64,000 bases of DNA from NCBI RefSeq assembly GCF_044704955.1, contig NC_091990.1:28210001-28274000 (forward strand). Reading direction: 5' to 3'. The notes under the pieces were generated by a model that ran no database searches, had not been told where the DNA came from, and worked only from the letters and a program-made list of their open reading frames with translations. Positions 1 through 14,065 of this stretch are shown piece after piece. The stretch's first letter is position 1. Every line of letters begins with the position of its first letter. Position numbers and translations under genes: made by a program. This stretch comes from Pristiophorus japonicus. Lineage: Eukaryota.

Positions 1-3000
1 TTTGAAGAATTGAGCACACTGGTGAGCGAGCAGCCTACACATGGCCAGACACAGGTTCTACAACTACAGACGCTGTGTGGCCAGAGCATACCCGACTTCG
101 TGGCGGAACTTCGGAGGTTGGCTAGTTTATGTGAGTTCTCCGATGAACTGAGGAGAGAAATGCTGAGAGACTTTTTCATGGAAGGAATAGGCCACGCAGG
201 CATATTCCGAAAGCTCATAGAGACCAAGAACGTGACCTTAGAGGCAGCAGCACTGGTTGCACAGACATTCTTGGTAGGGGAAGAAGAAACGAGGTTGATT
301 TACAATGCAGGTACAACAACTAACGAAATATTGGAACAAGAAGTTCACAGCACTAAACAAGCTGCTACCCCCACACACAGACAAAACTGGGAGAACAGGC
401 TCTCGACAGCAGGCAGAAGCCATCAAGGGCCACAGGAACAGCCGTTCACACCTCATCAACCCACAATGCGAGCAATCAACTGCAAACTGAGAGAAGCTCA
501 AGAGAGATCAGCCAGACGCAGCTTATTCTTTGGGAACTGGTTGAACAATGGAACAGGTCTGTGCTGGAGGTGTGGGGGTGGGCACTCGTCAAGGGGATGT
601 CGATTTCAGCAGGCTGTTTGCAGAAATTGTGAATATACAGGGCATTTGGCCCGCATGTGCAAAAAAACGGCAGCTCGGCTGGTATACGAATCGGATGGGT
701 CGGAAAGCGCACCAGAAGATGGTGGGGACAGTACCTGGGACACCGGTGTACAGCGAGTCAACACGATCAATGGCTGCTGCTCCTACAACAGGACGCCTCC
801 TATAATGATGAGGGTCCTACTCAACGGGATATCTGTCAACATGGAGCTGGATACGGGAGCGAGTCAATCATTCATGGGGGCTTAACAATTTGAACAACTG
901 TGGCTGCATAAAAGAGACAGACCAAAACTCATATGGATCTACACCAAACTAAGGACCTATAGCAAAGAAATCGTACCAGTCCTCGGCAGTGCCATGCTCT
1001 CTGTCACACACAAAGGGACAGTGAACTGACTTCCCCTGTGGATTGTCCCCGGAGACCCCCCAGCACTGCTGGGGAGAAGCTGGCTGGCAAAACTAAACTG
1101 GAAATGGGATGATGTCCATGCCATGTCATTAGAGGAACGGACCTCCTGCTCAACAGTTATAAAGTGATTTGAACATCTCTTTCAGCCAGGTGTGGGCACT
1201 TTCAAAGGGGCCAAAGTCAAAATCTACATCACACAGGATGCTAGACTGGTCCATCACAAGGCCAGAGCTGTACTCTATGTGATGAGGGAAAAGATTGAAC
1301 ACGAACTAGAAAGGCTTCTGCGGGAAGGCATTATATCACCTGTGGAATTTAGCGACTGGGCAAGTCCCATCGTCCCAGTCATGAAGCCTGATGGATCCGT
1401 ACGAATCTGTGGGAACTACAAATCTACCATAAACAGAGTCTCCCTAGAGGACCAGTACCCGCTGCGGGCCCAGAGCGGAGGACTTATTTGCCACATTGGC
1501 TGGAGGTAAACTTTTCTCAAAATTAGACTTCACATCTGCGTATATGATGCAAGAATTGACACAGGAATCCAAGCTACTCACCACTATCAACACACATCGA
1601 GGCCTTTTCATGTACAATCGATGCCCATTCGGCATCAGGTCGGCAGCTGCCATATTCTTGCGCAACATGGAGAGTCTGCTCAAGTCCATCCCGGGGACGG
1701 TTGTATTTCAAGACGACATACTGATCACGGGCAGGGACACCGACTCCCATCTCCGTAATTTGGAGGAAGTACTAAAGCGGTTGGATCGGGTAGGCCTACG
1801 AATCAAGAAATCCAAGTGCTTGTTTCTCGCACCCGAGGTTGAATTTTTGGGCAGAAGGATTGCCGCTGATGGAATCCGCCCAACAGAGTCCAAAACAGAA
1901 GCAATTCGCCTGGCACCCAGGCCCCGGAATGTCTCAGAACTGCGCGCCATTCTCGGGCTACTCAATTACTTTGGGAACTTTATGCAGAACTTAAGCACGC
2001 TGCTGGAGCCTCTCCACGTGCTACACAGGAAGGGGTGCGATTGGTTTTGGGGGAACGCCCAGGAACGCGCCTTCAATAAGGCACGCAACCTTCTGAGTTC
2101 CAACAGTGTTTTGACTTTCTTTGACCCAGGTAAAAAGCTAGTTCTCACATGCGATGCGTCAGCGTATGGGGTCGGGTGCGTTTTGCAACATGTCAATAGT
2201 GCGGGCAAATTACAACCCATAGCTTATGTCTCCAGGTCACTTTCGCGGGCAGAGTGCGGGTACGGAATGATAGAGAAGAGGCCCTCGCGTGCGTGCATGG
2301 TGTCAAAAAGATGCACCAATACCTTTTCGGGGCCAAGTTCGCATTAGAAACCGACCACAAGCCTCTCACGTCCCTCCTATCCAAGAGCAAGGCAATAAAC
2401 GCCAACGCCTCGGCGCAAATTCAACGGTGGACACTCATGCTGGTGTCCTACGACTATACCATAAGGCACAGACCAGGCACAGACAACTGTGCCCACGCGC
2501 TCAGCAGGCTACCCCTGGCAACCACGGAAGGGTCTGACGAACAGGACTGTGAGATAGTCGTGGCAATCAATGCCTTTGAGTCCACAGGTTTGCCCATGAC
2601 TGCTCGCCTAATCAGAGCCTGGACGGCCAGCGACCCCACGTTATCCTTAGTAAAAAGATGTGTCCTAACCGGTGACTGGGCAGAGGCTCGCGATGCCTGC
2701 CCCGAGGAATTAAAACCCTTTCACAGGCGCATGCATGAGCTATCACTACAAGCAGACTGCCTGATGTGGAGCAGCCGAGTAGTCATGCCTCTGCGAGGCA
2801 GAGAGGCATTTGTCCGGGAGCTTCACCGCGAGCACCCGGGGATCGTTCTCATGAAGGCCATAGCCAGATCTCACGTCTGGTGGCCTGTTATCGACGCGGA
2901 CTTGGAGCTCTGCGTCCGAAGGTGCACCATTTGTGCCCAACTCAGCAATGCCCCCAGGGAGGCTCCACTGAGCCCCTGGCCTACCAAACCGTGGTCGCGG

Positions 3001-4223
3001 GTGCACGTAGACTATGCGGGCCCATTCATGGGCAAAATGTTCCTTGTAGTTGTAGATGCATTTTCAAAGTGGATCGAATGCACCATTTTAAACTCGAGCA
3101 CAACCTCCACCACTGTGGAGAGCCTCGCAACCATGTTTGCAACGCACGGAATCCCTGACATATTGGTCAGTGACAATGGTCCGTGCTTCACCATCGCAGA
3201 ATTCCAAGACTTTATAATTGACCACGGCATAAATCACGTCAAGACGGCACCGTTCAAGCCGGCCTCCAACGGTCAGGCGGAGAGAGCAGTGCAAATCATT
3301 AAACAAGGCGTGCTTAAAATCCAAGGTCCCACGCTCAGGGTCGCCTGTCGCGACTGCTGCTGGCATACAGATCTCGTCCGCACTCACTGACTGGGATCCC
3401 CCCCGCGCAACTGTTGATGAAAAGGACTTTAAAAACAAGGTTCTCATTAATCCTCCCAGACATGCACGAAATCGTTGAGGCAAAACGCCGTAAGCTGACT
3501 GAGTACCATGACAGAAATTCGAGGGGGAGATGGAATGAGATAGGGGACAAAGTGTTTGTACTAAACTATGGCAGGGGTCCCAAATGGCTTGCAGGGACAG
3601 TAACGGGCAAGGAAGGAAACAGGCTACTGGTAGTACAAATGGACAATGGCAAAACCTGCCGGAGGCATATAGACCATGTCAAAAGCAGATTTACCAACAA
3701 CACTGCGGAACCAGAGGCCGACTACAATGTGGAACTCGCACCACACCTGGTGGACAGATAGAGGGAACAACCTGAGGAAAGGGCAATCCCAACAGACAGC
3801 CCAGGTGAGTCAACAACAATCACACCAATCGAAACAGACAGCCCAGGTGAGATACCAGCAACCACACCCAAAGAAAAACAGACACCAAGGCAAACAACTC
3901 AGACGCTCCACGTGAGAGCGTAGACCACCTGAGAGACTGAACGTATAAAGACAATAAGACCTTGGGGGAGGGTGATGTCATGTATCTTACATTATTATAT
4001 ATAACTGTATCCCAACATGCTATACATGACTGTAATAAGATATGACCTGTAACCACCAGCATACCTTACCACTGGGGGTGCACTTGCAAGAGACAGGTAT
4101 ATAAGGACAGGTCTCAGGCAAGTGCAGCATTCCAGAGCTGTGAAATAAAGGTGCAGGTCCAGAGTGACCTTGACTTCACTACATGCCTCGTGTGAATCTA
4201 TACCGAGGGGACAGGACTTTACA
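1..4223 (+). mobile_element. Ty3/Gypsy LTR retrotransposon, degenerate (gag-pro-RT-RNaseH-IN, PPT, 3' LTR); 5' end not in window
   Basis: Gag zinc knuckles (CWRCGGGHSSRGC, CRNCEYTGHLARMC), protease ELDTGA, RT FQDD, RNase H TCDAS, integrase HHCC and SNGQAER in ORFs 10-885, 1192-1509, 1496-2347, 2254-3390, 3414-3761. Several stops and frameshifts. PPT ttgggggagggtga ends at 3975. Confidence 0.95.
3976..4223 (+). repeat. 3' LTR of Gypsy element (248 bp)
   Basis: TG...CA termini directly after the PPT; TATA-like tatataa ~4098 and AATAAA ~4145; homologous to the LTR at 26968-27235. Confidence 0.9.
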
Positions 4224-4319
4224 GAAAGTGTTTAAAATCAAGTGACAATTACCTGTGATTGTGCAATGCCAATCAGGTCATATCTACAGACCAGTAACTG
4301 CTTCGGGTATTTTCAATGC

Positions 4320-6325
4320 TATATTTGATGATACAAAGATAGGAGGGAAAGCAAGTTGGAAAGAGGACACAAAGAATCTGCAAAGGGATATAGATAGGCG
4401 AAGTGAGTGGACAAAAATTTGGCAGATGGAGTATAATGTGGGAAAATGTGAGGTTATCCACTTTGGTAGGAAAAATAAAAAAGCAAATTATTATTTAAAT
4501 GGGGAGAAATGACAAAATGTGGTGTTTCAGAGGCTCCTTGGGGTCCTTGTGCATGAAACACAAAAAGTTAGTGCAGGTACAGCAAGTAATCAGGAAGGCA
4601 AATGGAATGTTGGCCTTTATTGCAAGGGGGATAGAGTATAAAAGTAGGGAAGTCCTGCTACAATTGTACAGAGTGTTGGTGAGATCACACCTGGAGTACT
4701 GCGTACAGTTTTGGTCTCCTTATTTAAGGAGGAATATACTTGCATTGGAGGCAGTTTGGAGAAGGTTCATGAGGCTGATTCCTGAGATGAAGGGGTTGTC
4801 ATATGAAGAAAGTTTGAGCAGGTTGGGCCTGTACTCATTGGAGTTTAGAAGAATGAGAGGTGATCTTATTGAAACATACAATATTCTGAGGAGGCTTGAC
4901 AGGGTAGATGCAGAGAGGATGTTTCCCTTGTGAGGGAATCTCGAACTAGGGGGCATAGTTTCAGAATAAGGGGTTGCCCGTTTAAACCGGAGGTGAGGAG
5001 GATTTCATCTCTCAGAGGGTCGTGAATCTGTGGAATTCTCAGAGAGCTGTGAAGGCTGGGTCATTGAATATATTTAACATAAGAAATAAGAACATGAGTA
5101 GGCCATACGGCCCCTCGAGCCTGCGCCATTCAATAAGATCATGGCTGATCCGATCATGGAGTCAGCTCCACTTCCCCGCCCACTCCCCATAACCCCTTAT
5201 CCCCTTATCCCCTTATCGTTTAAGAAATTGTCTATTTCTGTCTTAAATTTATTCAATGTCCCAGCTTCCACAGCTCTCTGAGGCAGCAAATTCCACAGAT
5301 TTACAATCCTCTGAGAGAAGAAATTTCTTCTCATCTCTGTTTTAAATGGGCAGCCCCTTATTCTAAGATCATGCCCTCTAGTTTTAGTCTCCCCCCATCA
5401 GTAGAAACATCCTCTCTGCTTCCACCTTGTCAAGCCCCCTCATAATCTTATACCTTTCGATAAGATCACGTCTCATTCTTCTGAATTCCAATGAGTAGAG
5501 GCCCAACCTACTCAACCTTTCCTCATAAGTCAACCCCCTCATCCCCAGAACCTTCTCTGAACTGCCTCCAAAGCAAGTATATCCTTTCATAAATATGGAA
5601 ACCAAAACTGCACGCAGTATTCCAGGTGTGGCCTCACCAATACCCTGGATAGCTGTAGCAAGACTTCCCTGCTTTTATACTCCATCCCCTTTGCAATAAA
5701 GGCGAAGATACCATTGGCCTTCCTGATCACTTGCTGTACCTGCATACTATCCTTTTGTGTTTCATGCACAAGTACCCCCAGGTCCCACTGTATTGCAGCA
5801 CTTTGCAATCTTTCTCCATTTAAATAATAACTTGCTCCTTGATTTTTTTTCTGCCAAAGGGCATGACCTCACACTTTCCAACATAATACTCCATCTGTCA
5901 AATTTTTGCCCACTCACTTAGCCTGTCTATATCCTTTTGCAGATTTTTTGTATCCTCCTCACACATTGCTTGTATCATCAGCAAACTTGGCTGTTACACT
6001 CAGTCCCTTCTTCCAAGTCTTTAATATAGATTGTAAATAGTTGGGGTCCCAGCACTGATCCCTGCGGCACCCCACTAGTTACTAATTGCCAACCTGAGAA
6101 TGAACCATTTATCCCAACTCTCTGTTTTCTGTTAATTAGCCAATCTCTATCCATGCTAGGTGGAGATAGACAGATTTTTGAACGCTAAGGGAGTGAAGGG
6201 TTATGGGGAGCAGGTAGGGAAGTGGAGCTGAGTCCATGATCAGATCAGCCATGATCTTATTGAATGGCGGAGCAGGCTCGAGGGGCCAAATGGCCTACTC
6301 CTGCTCCTATTTCTTATGTTGTTAT
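4320..6325 (+). mobile_element. 5'-truncated CR1 LINE interrupted by an antisense CR1 (~5076-6158)
   Basis: ADDTK-like and LEYCVQFWSP RT C-terminal motifs. The plus-strand 3' end resumes at 6159 (ggtggagatagac...) and ends in a ttcttatgtt tail. Confidence 0.9.
5076..6158 (-). mobile_element. CR1 LINE 3' fragment nested antisense in another CR1
   Basis: Tail aacataagaaataagaacat at the left end; RPHLEYCVQFW in ORF 5587-5808. Confidence 0.9.
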
Positions 6326-6960
6326 TTTTGGAAGTTGAACCAATATTTTCATTTACTTTAGTTGAGAAAGTGCATTGGATTTGGCAAACTTGGATGATAC
6401 TGGCAAGAACACAATGAAACAGAGTTTGTCACATACACTGCTGCTTAACCAATGCGAATGTATCAGTGACACTAACCCTATAATCAATTCAATCACATAA
6501 TTAAGTAAATTTTAGCATCAAAGCTCTTTAAGAGTCACTTACTCCTGTAAATGTCTTCTGATAGCACTAATTTATTGAGAGCTAAGACTTTGTTCACACA
6601 GGTTTCAAATTTCTGACATCTGATCTAATTACACCAAATGTCATTTATTTATTAAAGATTCCACACTGTATAAATAATAAATCAGTCTCATTAGTTTTTC
6701 ATTCCCTCTTGCAAACTAACATCAAAATCAAATCAAACTTAATTTAAAAAGGATAGTGATAAAAATTAAAAAACTACAAATGCTGGAAACCTTAATTAAT
6801 AACAGAAAATACTGGAAATGCACAGCTGGGCAATCAACACCTGAAAGAGAAAACAAGATTAACATTTCAGATGGAACCTTTATCAGAACTCCCATCAAAG
6901 GTTCCACTCAAAATGTTAATCGACTGTTGCCTTTCAGAGTTTGACTAAACTGTGGTTATG

Positions 6961-7631
6961 GAGGAGGTATTGGACCTTGTAGTCGATTGGCCCTTGCTGA
7001 TAGTAAGCTCCCGAGATATGGAAAATGGTCCACGTTGTCCAAGGCCACGCTGTGGATTTTGATGACCGGGGAGCAGTGCTGTGTGGCGGGGTCAGGTTGT
7101 TGGAGGACCTTTGTCTTATGGATATTTACTGTAAGGCCCATGCTTTCGTATGCCTTGGTGAAGATGTTGATGATGGCTTGGAATTCGGCCTCCGATGATA
7201 CGCAGACGCAAGCGTCGTCCGCGTACTGTAGTTCGCTGAGAGAGGATGGGACGACCTTGGATCTAGCCTGTAGGCGACGAAGGTTGAGCAGGTTCCCATT
7301 GGTTCTATAGATTAGTTCCACTCCAGCGGGGAGCTTGTTGAGAGTGAGATGGAGCACTGCAGCGAGGAAGATTGAGAAGAGCGTTGATACGATGGCCCTA
7401 AGTGGCAGAAGTGCATCCAGGAGGGCGTTGAGCACCTCGAGTCTCGTCGCCGAGAGCTTGCAGAAACCAAGTGTAGACAGCAGAAGGAGCATGCGGCAAA
7501 CCAGACTCCTCACCCACCCTTTCCTTCAACCACTGTCTGTACCACCTGTAATAGAGACTGTAATTCCCGTATTGGACTGTTAGAGTGGAAGCAAGTCTTC
7601 CTTGATGTCGAGGGACTGCCTATGATGATGA
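6961..7631. mobile_element. RTE-clade LINE insertion with 5' inversion
   Basis: Minus-strand RT fragment (LQYADDA) ~6961-7393 joined to the plus-strand 3' end with a (TGA)n tail; TSD tggttatg at 6953-6960 and 7632-7639. Confidence 0.85.
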
Positions 7632-7954
7632 TGGTTATGATCTGCTCTGATAGCTGTAAACAGTTAAAGAACCCCTTTGTGTTGTGTCTGGCGCTTGCTC
7701 ACACAGGTGTGACCTACTTTCAAGTAGGATGATTCTCTCAAATTGAATTCCTGTGGGTGGCAGTCACACCACACCTGCCATAGAAAGTGTTTAACAATGT
7801 GGTTGCTATTCCAACTGATTACAACACAAAACATATCTGGCCCTGAAGTTCCATGGGGCTACCATTGGTCTCCCATAGTAAGTTTGACGGCAGAACCCCC
7901 AGAAAAATATCATGAATAGGCTTTTCTCTGGGGTCTCTTACCCTTTTCCCTTCT

Positions 7955-10900
7955 TAGGCAGTCCCTCAGAGTCGAAGATAACTTTTTTTTAATCGGGGGG
8001 TAGTACTGTGTGATGGGGGCAGGTTGGTAGAGGACCTTTCTTTTACTGATGTTTAGAGTAAGGCCCATGCTTTCGTATGCCTCGGTGAAGGTGTTGACGA
8101 TGGTTTAGTGTTCGACCTCCGAGTGTGCGTAGGTGAAGGCGTCGTCTGCGTACTGTGGTTCAATGATGGAGGATGGGACGACCTTAGATCTGGACTGGAG
8201 GTGACGGAGGGTTGAACAGTTTCCCGTTTGTTCTGTAGATTAGCTCCACTCCGGCGGGGAGCTTATTGAGGGTGAAATGGAGCATTGCAGCAAGGAAGAT
8301 CGAGAAGAGCATTGGTGCGATGACACAGCCTTGCTTTAACCCTTGTCAGCATGTGTATTGGGTCTGGGGTGGATCCATTGGTCACGATGTACAGAGGTTG
8401 CTCCCTGCATTTCTCTTGAATTTGACACGCGGTGAAGATCATGTGGCCCTTAGTGGGCAGAATCCGCATTGCGATTCTGGGAGGAGCTCATCAGCCACTG
8501 GGAGAAGGTGATTGAGGAGGATTCTTGCAATGACTTTCCCTGTGGCAGACAGCAGGGAAACTCCTCTGTAATTACCGCAATCGGACTTGTCACATTTCTT
8601 GAAGATGGTCACGATTACAGCGTCTCTGAGATCCCTTGGCATGCTCTCCTCCTTCCAAATAAGAGAAATGAATTCATGGAATCGCACCAATAGTGCTTCT
8701 CCGCCATGCTTTAGTGCTTCAGCGGGGATTCCATCTGCTCCTGAGGCCTTGTTGTTCTTCAGTTGTCGGATGGCCTTTTCAACCTCATGCCGGGCTGGGG
8801 TTGTGCTGAGGTGGTGGCGGGTAGCATGCTGCGGGGTGGAGTCGAGGACGTTCATGTCGAAGACAGAGTCTCGGTTAAGGAGATCTTCAATATGCTCCTT
8901 CAAGCAGGCACTGACTGCATCTCTGTCCTTGAGAAATATCTCTCCATTCTTGGCCCTCTGTGGGGTAGGACCTTGGGTGTTGGGCTGTAAGTGGTCTTGA
9001 TTGTGCTAAAGAATCCACGCACGTCATGGTTGTCGGCTAGTTGGTGGATCTCCTATGCTTTTTCCACCCACCATCTGTTCTTTAGGTCACGAGCTTTATG
9101 TTGGACCTCGGCCTTCAGATGTCTACAGAGCTGCTACCTTGCTCTCGAGTTGTGTTGCTGTTTCCAGTTCAAGAATGCCTTGCGTTTGCGGCTTATTAGC
9201 TCCTGGATCTCCTGATCGTTCTCGTCGAACCAGTCTTGATATTTCCTGGTCGAGTGACCAAGCATCTCTTCACAGGGGCTAATTATGGAGGCCTTGAGGA
9301 CAGACCAGCCACTGTGGACATTCTGCGTCTCCGGTTCACTGGAATTCGTCAGGTTGGTTGTGAGGCACTGGCTGAATAGGGCTTTCTTAGCAGGGCTTTG
9401 AGTGCTCCAGCGCGCCAGTGCAGCCTTCGGCTGCCTGAGGAAGAGAGTGTTCGAAGATCAGACCCTCAAATCTGCCACCAAGCTCATGATCTACAGGGCT
9501 GCATTGATACCCGCCCTCCTGTATGGCTCAGAGACATGGACCATGTACAGTAGACACCTCAAATCGCTGGAGAAATACCACCAATGATGTCTCTGCAAGA
9601 TCCTGCAAATCCCCTGGGAGGACAGACGCACCAATATCAGTATCCTTGATCAGGACAACATCCCCAGCATCGAAGCAATGACCACACTCGACCAGCTCCG
9701 TTGGGTGGGCCACATTATTCACATGCCTGACACAAGACTCCCAAAGCAAGCGCTTTACTCGGAACTCCTACACGGCAAGCGAGCCCAAGGTGGGCAGAGG
9801 AAACATTTCAAGGACACCCTCAAAGCCTCCTTGATAAAATGCAACATCCCCACCGACACCTGGGAGTCCCTGGCCAGAGACCGCCCTAAGTGGAGGAAGT
9901 GCATCCGGGAGGGCGCTGAGCACCTCGAGTCTTGTCGCCGAGAGCATGCAGAAAACAAGCACAGAAGGAGCGTGCGGCAAACCAGTCCCACCCACTCTTT
10001 CCCTCAACCACTGTCTGTCCCACCTGTGACAGAGACTGTAATTCCCGTATTGGACTGTTCAGTCACCTGAGAACTCACTTTTAGAATGGAAGCAAGTCCC
10101 CCTCGATTTCGAGGGACTGCCTATGATGAGTGCTTCAGCATTGATTTTCCTGTGGCAGCACTTCTGTTGCCACCGCTATTTTGGGGTTACATTGATGGAA
10201 ATGACAGAGTGGATCCATCCAGCAGTCATCAGGTCGTGTCATGGCGCGGGTGATGCGGACGTTCTTGCGGTCCCTCGCTCAGACGATAACGTAGTCCAGC
10301 AGGTGCCAGTGTTTGGAGCGAGGGTGTTGCCATGAGGACTTGTACTTGTCTCTCTGACGAAACAAGGTGTTGGTTATGACAAGACCATGTTCTAAGCATT
10401 TCGTCAGGAGGAGGGTACCATTAGAGTTGGCCGACCACAGCTCCCCAGAGGTCTGTGTCCTTTCCAACTCTGGCATTAAAGTCGCCAAAGAGGATCAGCT
10501 TGTCGCCCGTTGGGACTCGGGACAGGGATTGTTCAAGGAGGAGATGTAACCACCACCATGTTCCTTGACCTGGCCTTCCCCTGCCCGCCGGGTCTCGCTT
10601 AGGGCGGCGATGTCTATGTCGAATCGTCTGAGTTCCTGGGCAATGATAGTAGTACGGTGTTCCGGTCTGTCACTGTTGGGGTTGTCCATGAGAGTCCTGG
10701 CGTTCCAGGTCCTGAACTTCATTTTAAAGGGTGGAAGATGCCTATGTGTGAATTCTTTTAACGTGAGGTGGCCGTTGCACACCAGCTACCACATGGTTTT
10801 GGCAGAGCAAGGTCTTGGTCCAATGGCGAGGGGATCCAAGATGATTGGAGACCAGGCTCTGATGCATGGGCCTAGTACACACACACACACATTCCTACTG
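7955..10900 (-). mobile_element. Long, internally deleted RTE-clade LINE (EN + RT), 5' UTR continuing through the satellite to ~14200
   Basis: 3' motif taggcagtccctc at ~7955; RT fragments (GNYRGVSLLS); EN start MKFRTWNARTL...ALSETR (10495-10782); RTE-type 5' UTR begins ~10790. Confidence 0.85.
9407..10126 (+). mobile_element. RTE 3' fragment nested antisense in the older RTE
   Basis: LDQLRWVGH...GGQRKHFKDTLK motif; gagggactgcctatga tail; flanking duplication tgagtgct(c/t)cagc at 9399 and 10127. Confidence 0.85.
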
Positions 10901-11029
10901 TCCTCCTCCCTCCTTCCCACAGGCCTTCTCCCTCTGGGTTTCATGGGATGCATTGTAGGCCTCCTGACCTCGCTGTTGGCCCGTCCTGCACCTTCCCTGG
11001 ACCCGACCCCACTGCTCATCCATGCTGCA

Positions 11030-14000
11030 CCACTCCTAGGCCTCGACCTCGCTCCTGGGCCCCGACCTCGCTTCTGGGTCCCAATCCCGCTCCTGGGCCC
11101 CGACCTTGCTCCTGGGTCCCGACCTCACTCCCGACCTCGCTCCTGGGCCTCGACCTTGCTCCCAACCTCACTCCTAGGCCCCGACCTCTCTCCTGGGCCC
11201 CGACCTCTCTCCTGGGCCCCGACCTCTCTCCTGGGCCCCGACCTCAATCCTGGGCTCCGACCTCACTCCAGGGCCCTGACCTCGCTCCCGACCTCACTCC
11301 TGGGCCCCGACCTCACTCCTGGGCCCTGACCCCACTCCTGGGCCCCGACCTCACTCCAGGGCCCTGACCTCGCTCCCGACCTGACTCCTGGGCCCCGACC
11401 TCACTCCAGGGCCTCACTCCTGGGCCTTGACCTCGCTCCCGACCTCGCTCCTGGGCCAAGACCTCGCTCCTGGGTCCTGATCCCGCTCCTGGGCCCCGAC
11501 CTCATTCCTGGGCCTCGCTCCTGGGCCCCGACCTCGCTCCCGACCTCACTCCTGTGCCCCGACCTCGTTCCTAGGCCACGACCTCGCTCCTGGGCCACGA
11601 CTTCATTCCTGGGCCTCGACTGCATTTCTGGCTCCCGACCTTGCTCCTGGCTCCCGACCTCGCTCCTGGGCCCTGACCCCACTCCTGGGTCCCGATCCTG
11701 CTCCTGGGCCCCGACCTCATTCCTGGGCCTCGCTCCTGGGCCCCGACCTCGCTCCTGGGTCCCGAGCCCACTCCCGACCTCACTCCTGGGCCACGACCTC
11801 GCTCCTGGGCCACGACCTCGCTCCTGGGCCTCGACCTCACCCCTGGGCCCTGACCTCACCCCTGGGCCCTGACCTCACCCCTGGGCCCTGACCTCACTCC
11901 TGGGATCCAAACCCACTCCTGAGCCCCGACCTTGCTCCTGGGCCCCGACCGTGCTCCTCCGGATTTCCGTTGACCTCGCCACTCCTTCCAACGTCGCTCC
12001 TGGGTCCCGACCTTGCTCCCGACCTCGCTTCTGGGCCTTGACCTCGCTCCCGACCTCGCTCCTGGGTCCTGACCTCGCTCCCGATCTCGCTCCGAGGCCA
12101 CGACCTCACTCCTGCACCTCGACCTCGCTCCTGGGCCTCGACCTCGCTCCTGGGCCTCGACCTCGCTCCTGACACTACTCCTGCACCTCGACCTCGCTCC
12201 TGGGCCCCGACCTCGCTCCTGACACTACTCCTGCACCTCGACCTCGCTCCTCGGCCCCGACCTCGCTCCTGGGCCCCGACCTCGATCCCGACACTACTCC
12301 TGCACCTCGACCTCGCTCCTGGGCCTCGACCTCGCTCCTGGGCCCCGACCTCGCTCCCGACCTCACTCCTGTGCCCCGACCTCGTTCCTAGGCCACGACC
12401 TCGCTCCTGGGCCACGACTTCATTCCTGGGCCCCGACTGCATTTCTGGCTCCCGACCTTGCTCCTGGCTCCCGACCTCGCTCCTGGGCCCTGACCCCACT
12501 CCTGGGTCCCGATCCTGCTCCTGGGCCCCGACCTCATTCCTGGGCCTCGCTCCTGGGCCCCGACCTCGCTCCTGGGTCCCGAGCCCACTCCCGACCTCAC
12601 TCCTGGGCCACGACCTCGCTCCTGGGCCACGACCTCGCTCCTGGGCCTCGATCTCACCCCTGGGCCCTGACCTCACCCCTGGGCCCTGACCTCACCCCTG
12701 GGCCCTGACCTCACTCCTGGGATCCAAACCCACTCCTGAGCCCCGACCTTGCTCCTGGGCCCTGACCCCACTCCTGGGTCCCGATCCTGCTCCTGGGCCC
12801 CGACCTCATTCCTGGGCCTCGCTCCTGGGCCCCGACCTCGCTCCTGGGTCCCGAGCCCACTCCCGACCTCACTCCTGGGCCACGACCTCGCTCCTGGGCC
12901 ACGACCTCGCTCCTGGGCCTCGATCTCACCCCTGGGCCCTGACCTCACCCCTGGGCCCTGACCTCACCCCTGGGCCCTGACCTCACTCCTGGGATCCAAA
13001 CCCACTCCTGAGCCCCGACCTTGCTCCTGGGCCCCGACCGTGCTCCTCCGGATTTCCGTTGACCTCGCCACTCCTTCCAACGTCGCTCCTGGGTCCCGAC
13101 CTTGCTCCCGACCTCGCTTCTGGGCCTTGACCTTGCTCCCGACCTCGCTCCTGGGTCCTGACCTCGCTCCCGATCTCGCTCCGAGGCCACGACCTCACTC
13201 CTGCACCTCGACCTCGCTCCTGGGCCTCGACCTCGCTCCTGGGCCTCGACCTCGCTCCCGACACTACTCCTGCACCTCGACCTCACTCCTGGGCCCCGAC
13301 CTCGCTCCTGGTCCTCGACCTTGCTCCTGGGCCTCGACCTCGCTCCCGACACTACTCCTGCACCTCGACCTCGCTCCTGGGCCTCGACCTCGCTCCTGGG
13401 CCTCGACCTCGCTCCCGACCTCGCTCCTGGATCCCGACCTCGCTCTTGGGCCTCGACCTCGCTCCTGGATCCCGACCTCGCTCTTGGGCCTCGACCTCGC
13501 TCCTGGGTCCCGACCTCGCTCCTGGGACCTGACCCCGCTCCCGACCTCGCTCTTGGGCCCCGACCTCGCTCCTGGGCCTCGACCTCGCTCCTGGGTCCCG
13601 ACCTCGCTCCTGGGACCTGACCACACTCCCGACCTCGCTCTTGGGCCCCGACCTCGCTCCTGGGCCTCGACCTCGCTCCTGGGCCTCGACCTCGCTCCCG
13701 ACCTTGCTCCTGGGCCTCGACCTCGCTCCCGACCTCGCTCCTGGGCCTCGACCTCGCTCCCGACCTCGCTCCTGGGCCACGACCTCGCTCCCAACCTCGC
13801 TCCTGGGTCCCGACCTCGCTCTTGGGCCTCGACCTCGCTCCTGGGTCCCGACCTCGCTCCTGGGACCTGACCCCGCCCCCGACCTCGCGCCTGGGCCCAG
13901 ATCTTGCTGCACCTCTCCCAGACCTTGCTCCTCCCGACCTAGCTCAACCTCGCTGCTGCTCCCGACCTCGCTCCTGTGTCCCGATCTCGCTGCTGGGCCC

Positions 14001-14065
14001 CGGCTTCACTCCTCTAGACCTCGCTCGACCTCACTGCTCCTCCTGGCTGAGTCCTGACCTCGCTC
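11030..14065. repeat. GC-rich satellite/minisatellite (19-bp CCCGACCTCGCTCCTGGGC and 12-bp CCCGACCTCGCT units) with higher-order blocks
   Basis: About 3 kb of tandem units; diagnostic variants recur (gactgcatttctggctcc at ~11618 and ~12435; ggatttccgttgacc at ~11961 and ~13050). Confidence 0.95.

Noticed and set aside
11030-14065. CRISPR-like repeat array
   Set aside because: No unique spacers and no cas genes; eukaryotic context.
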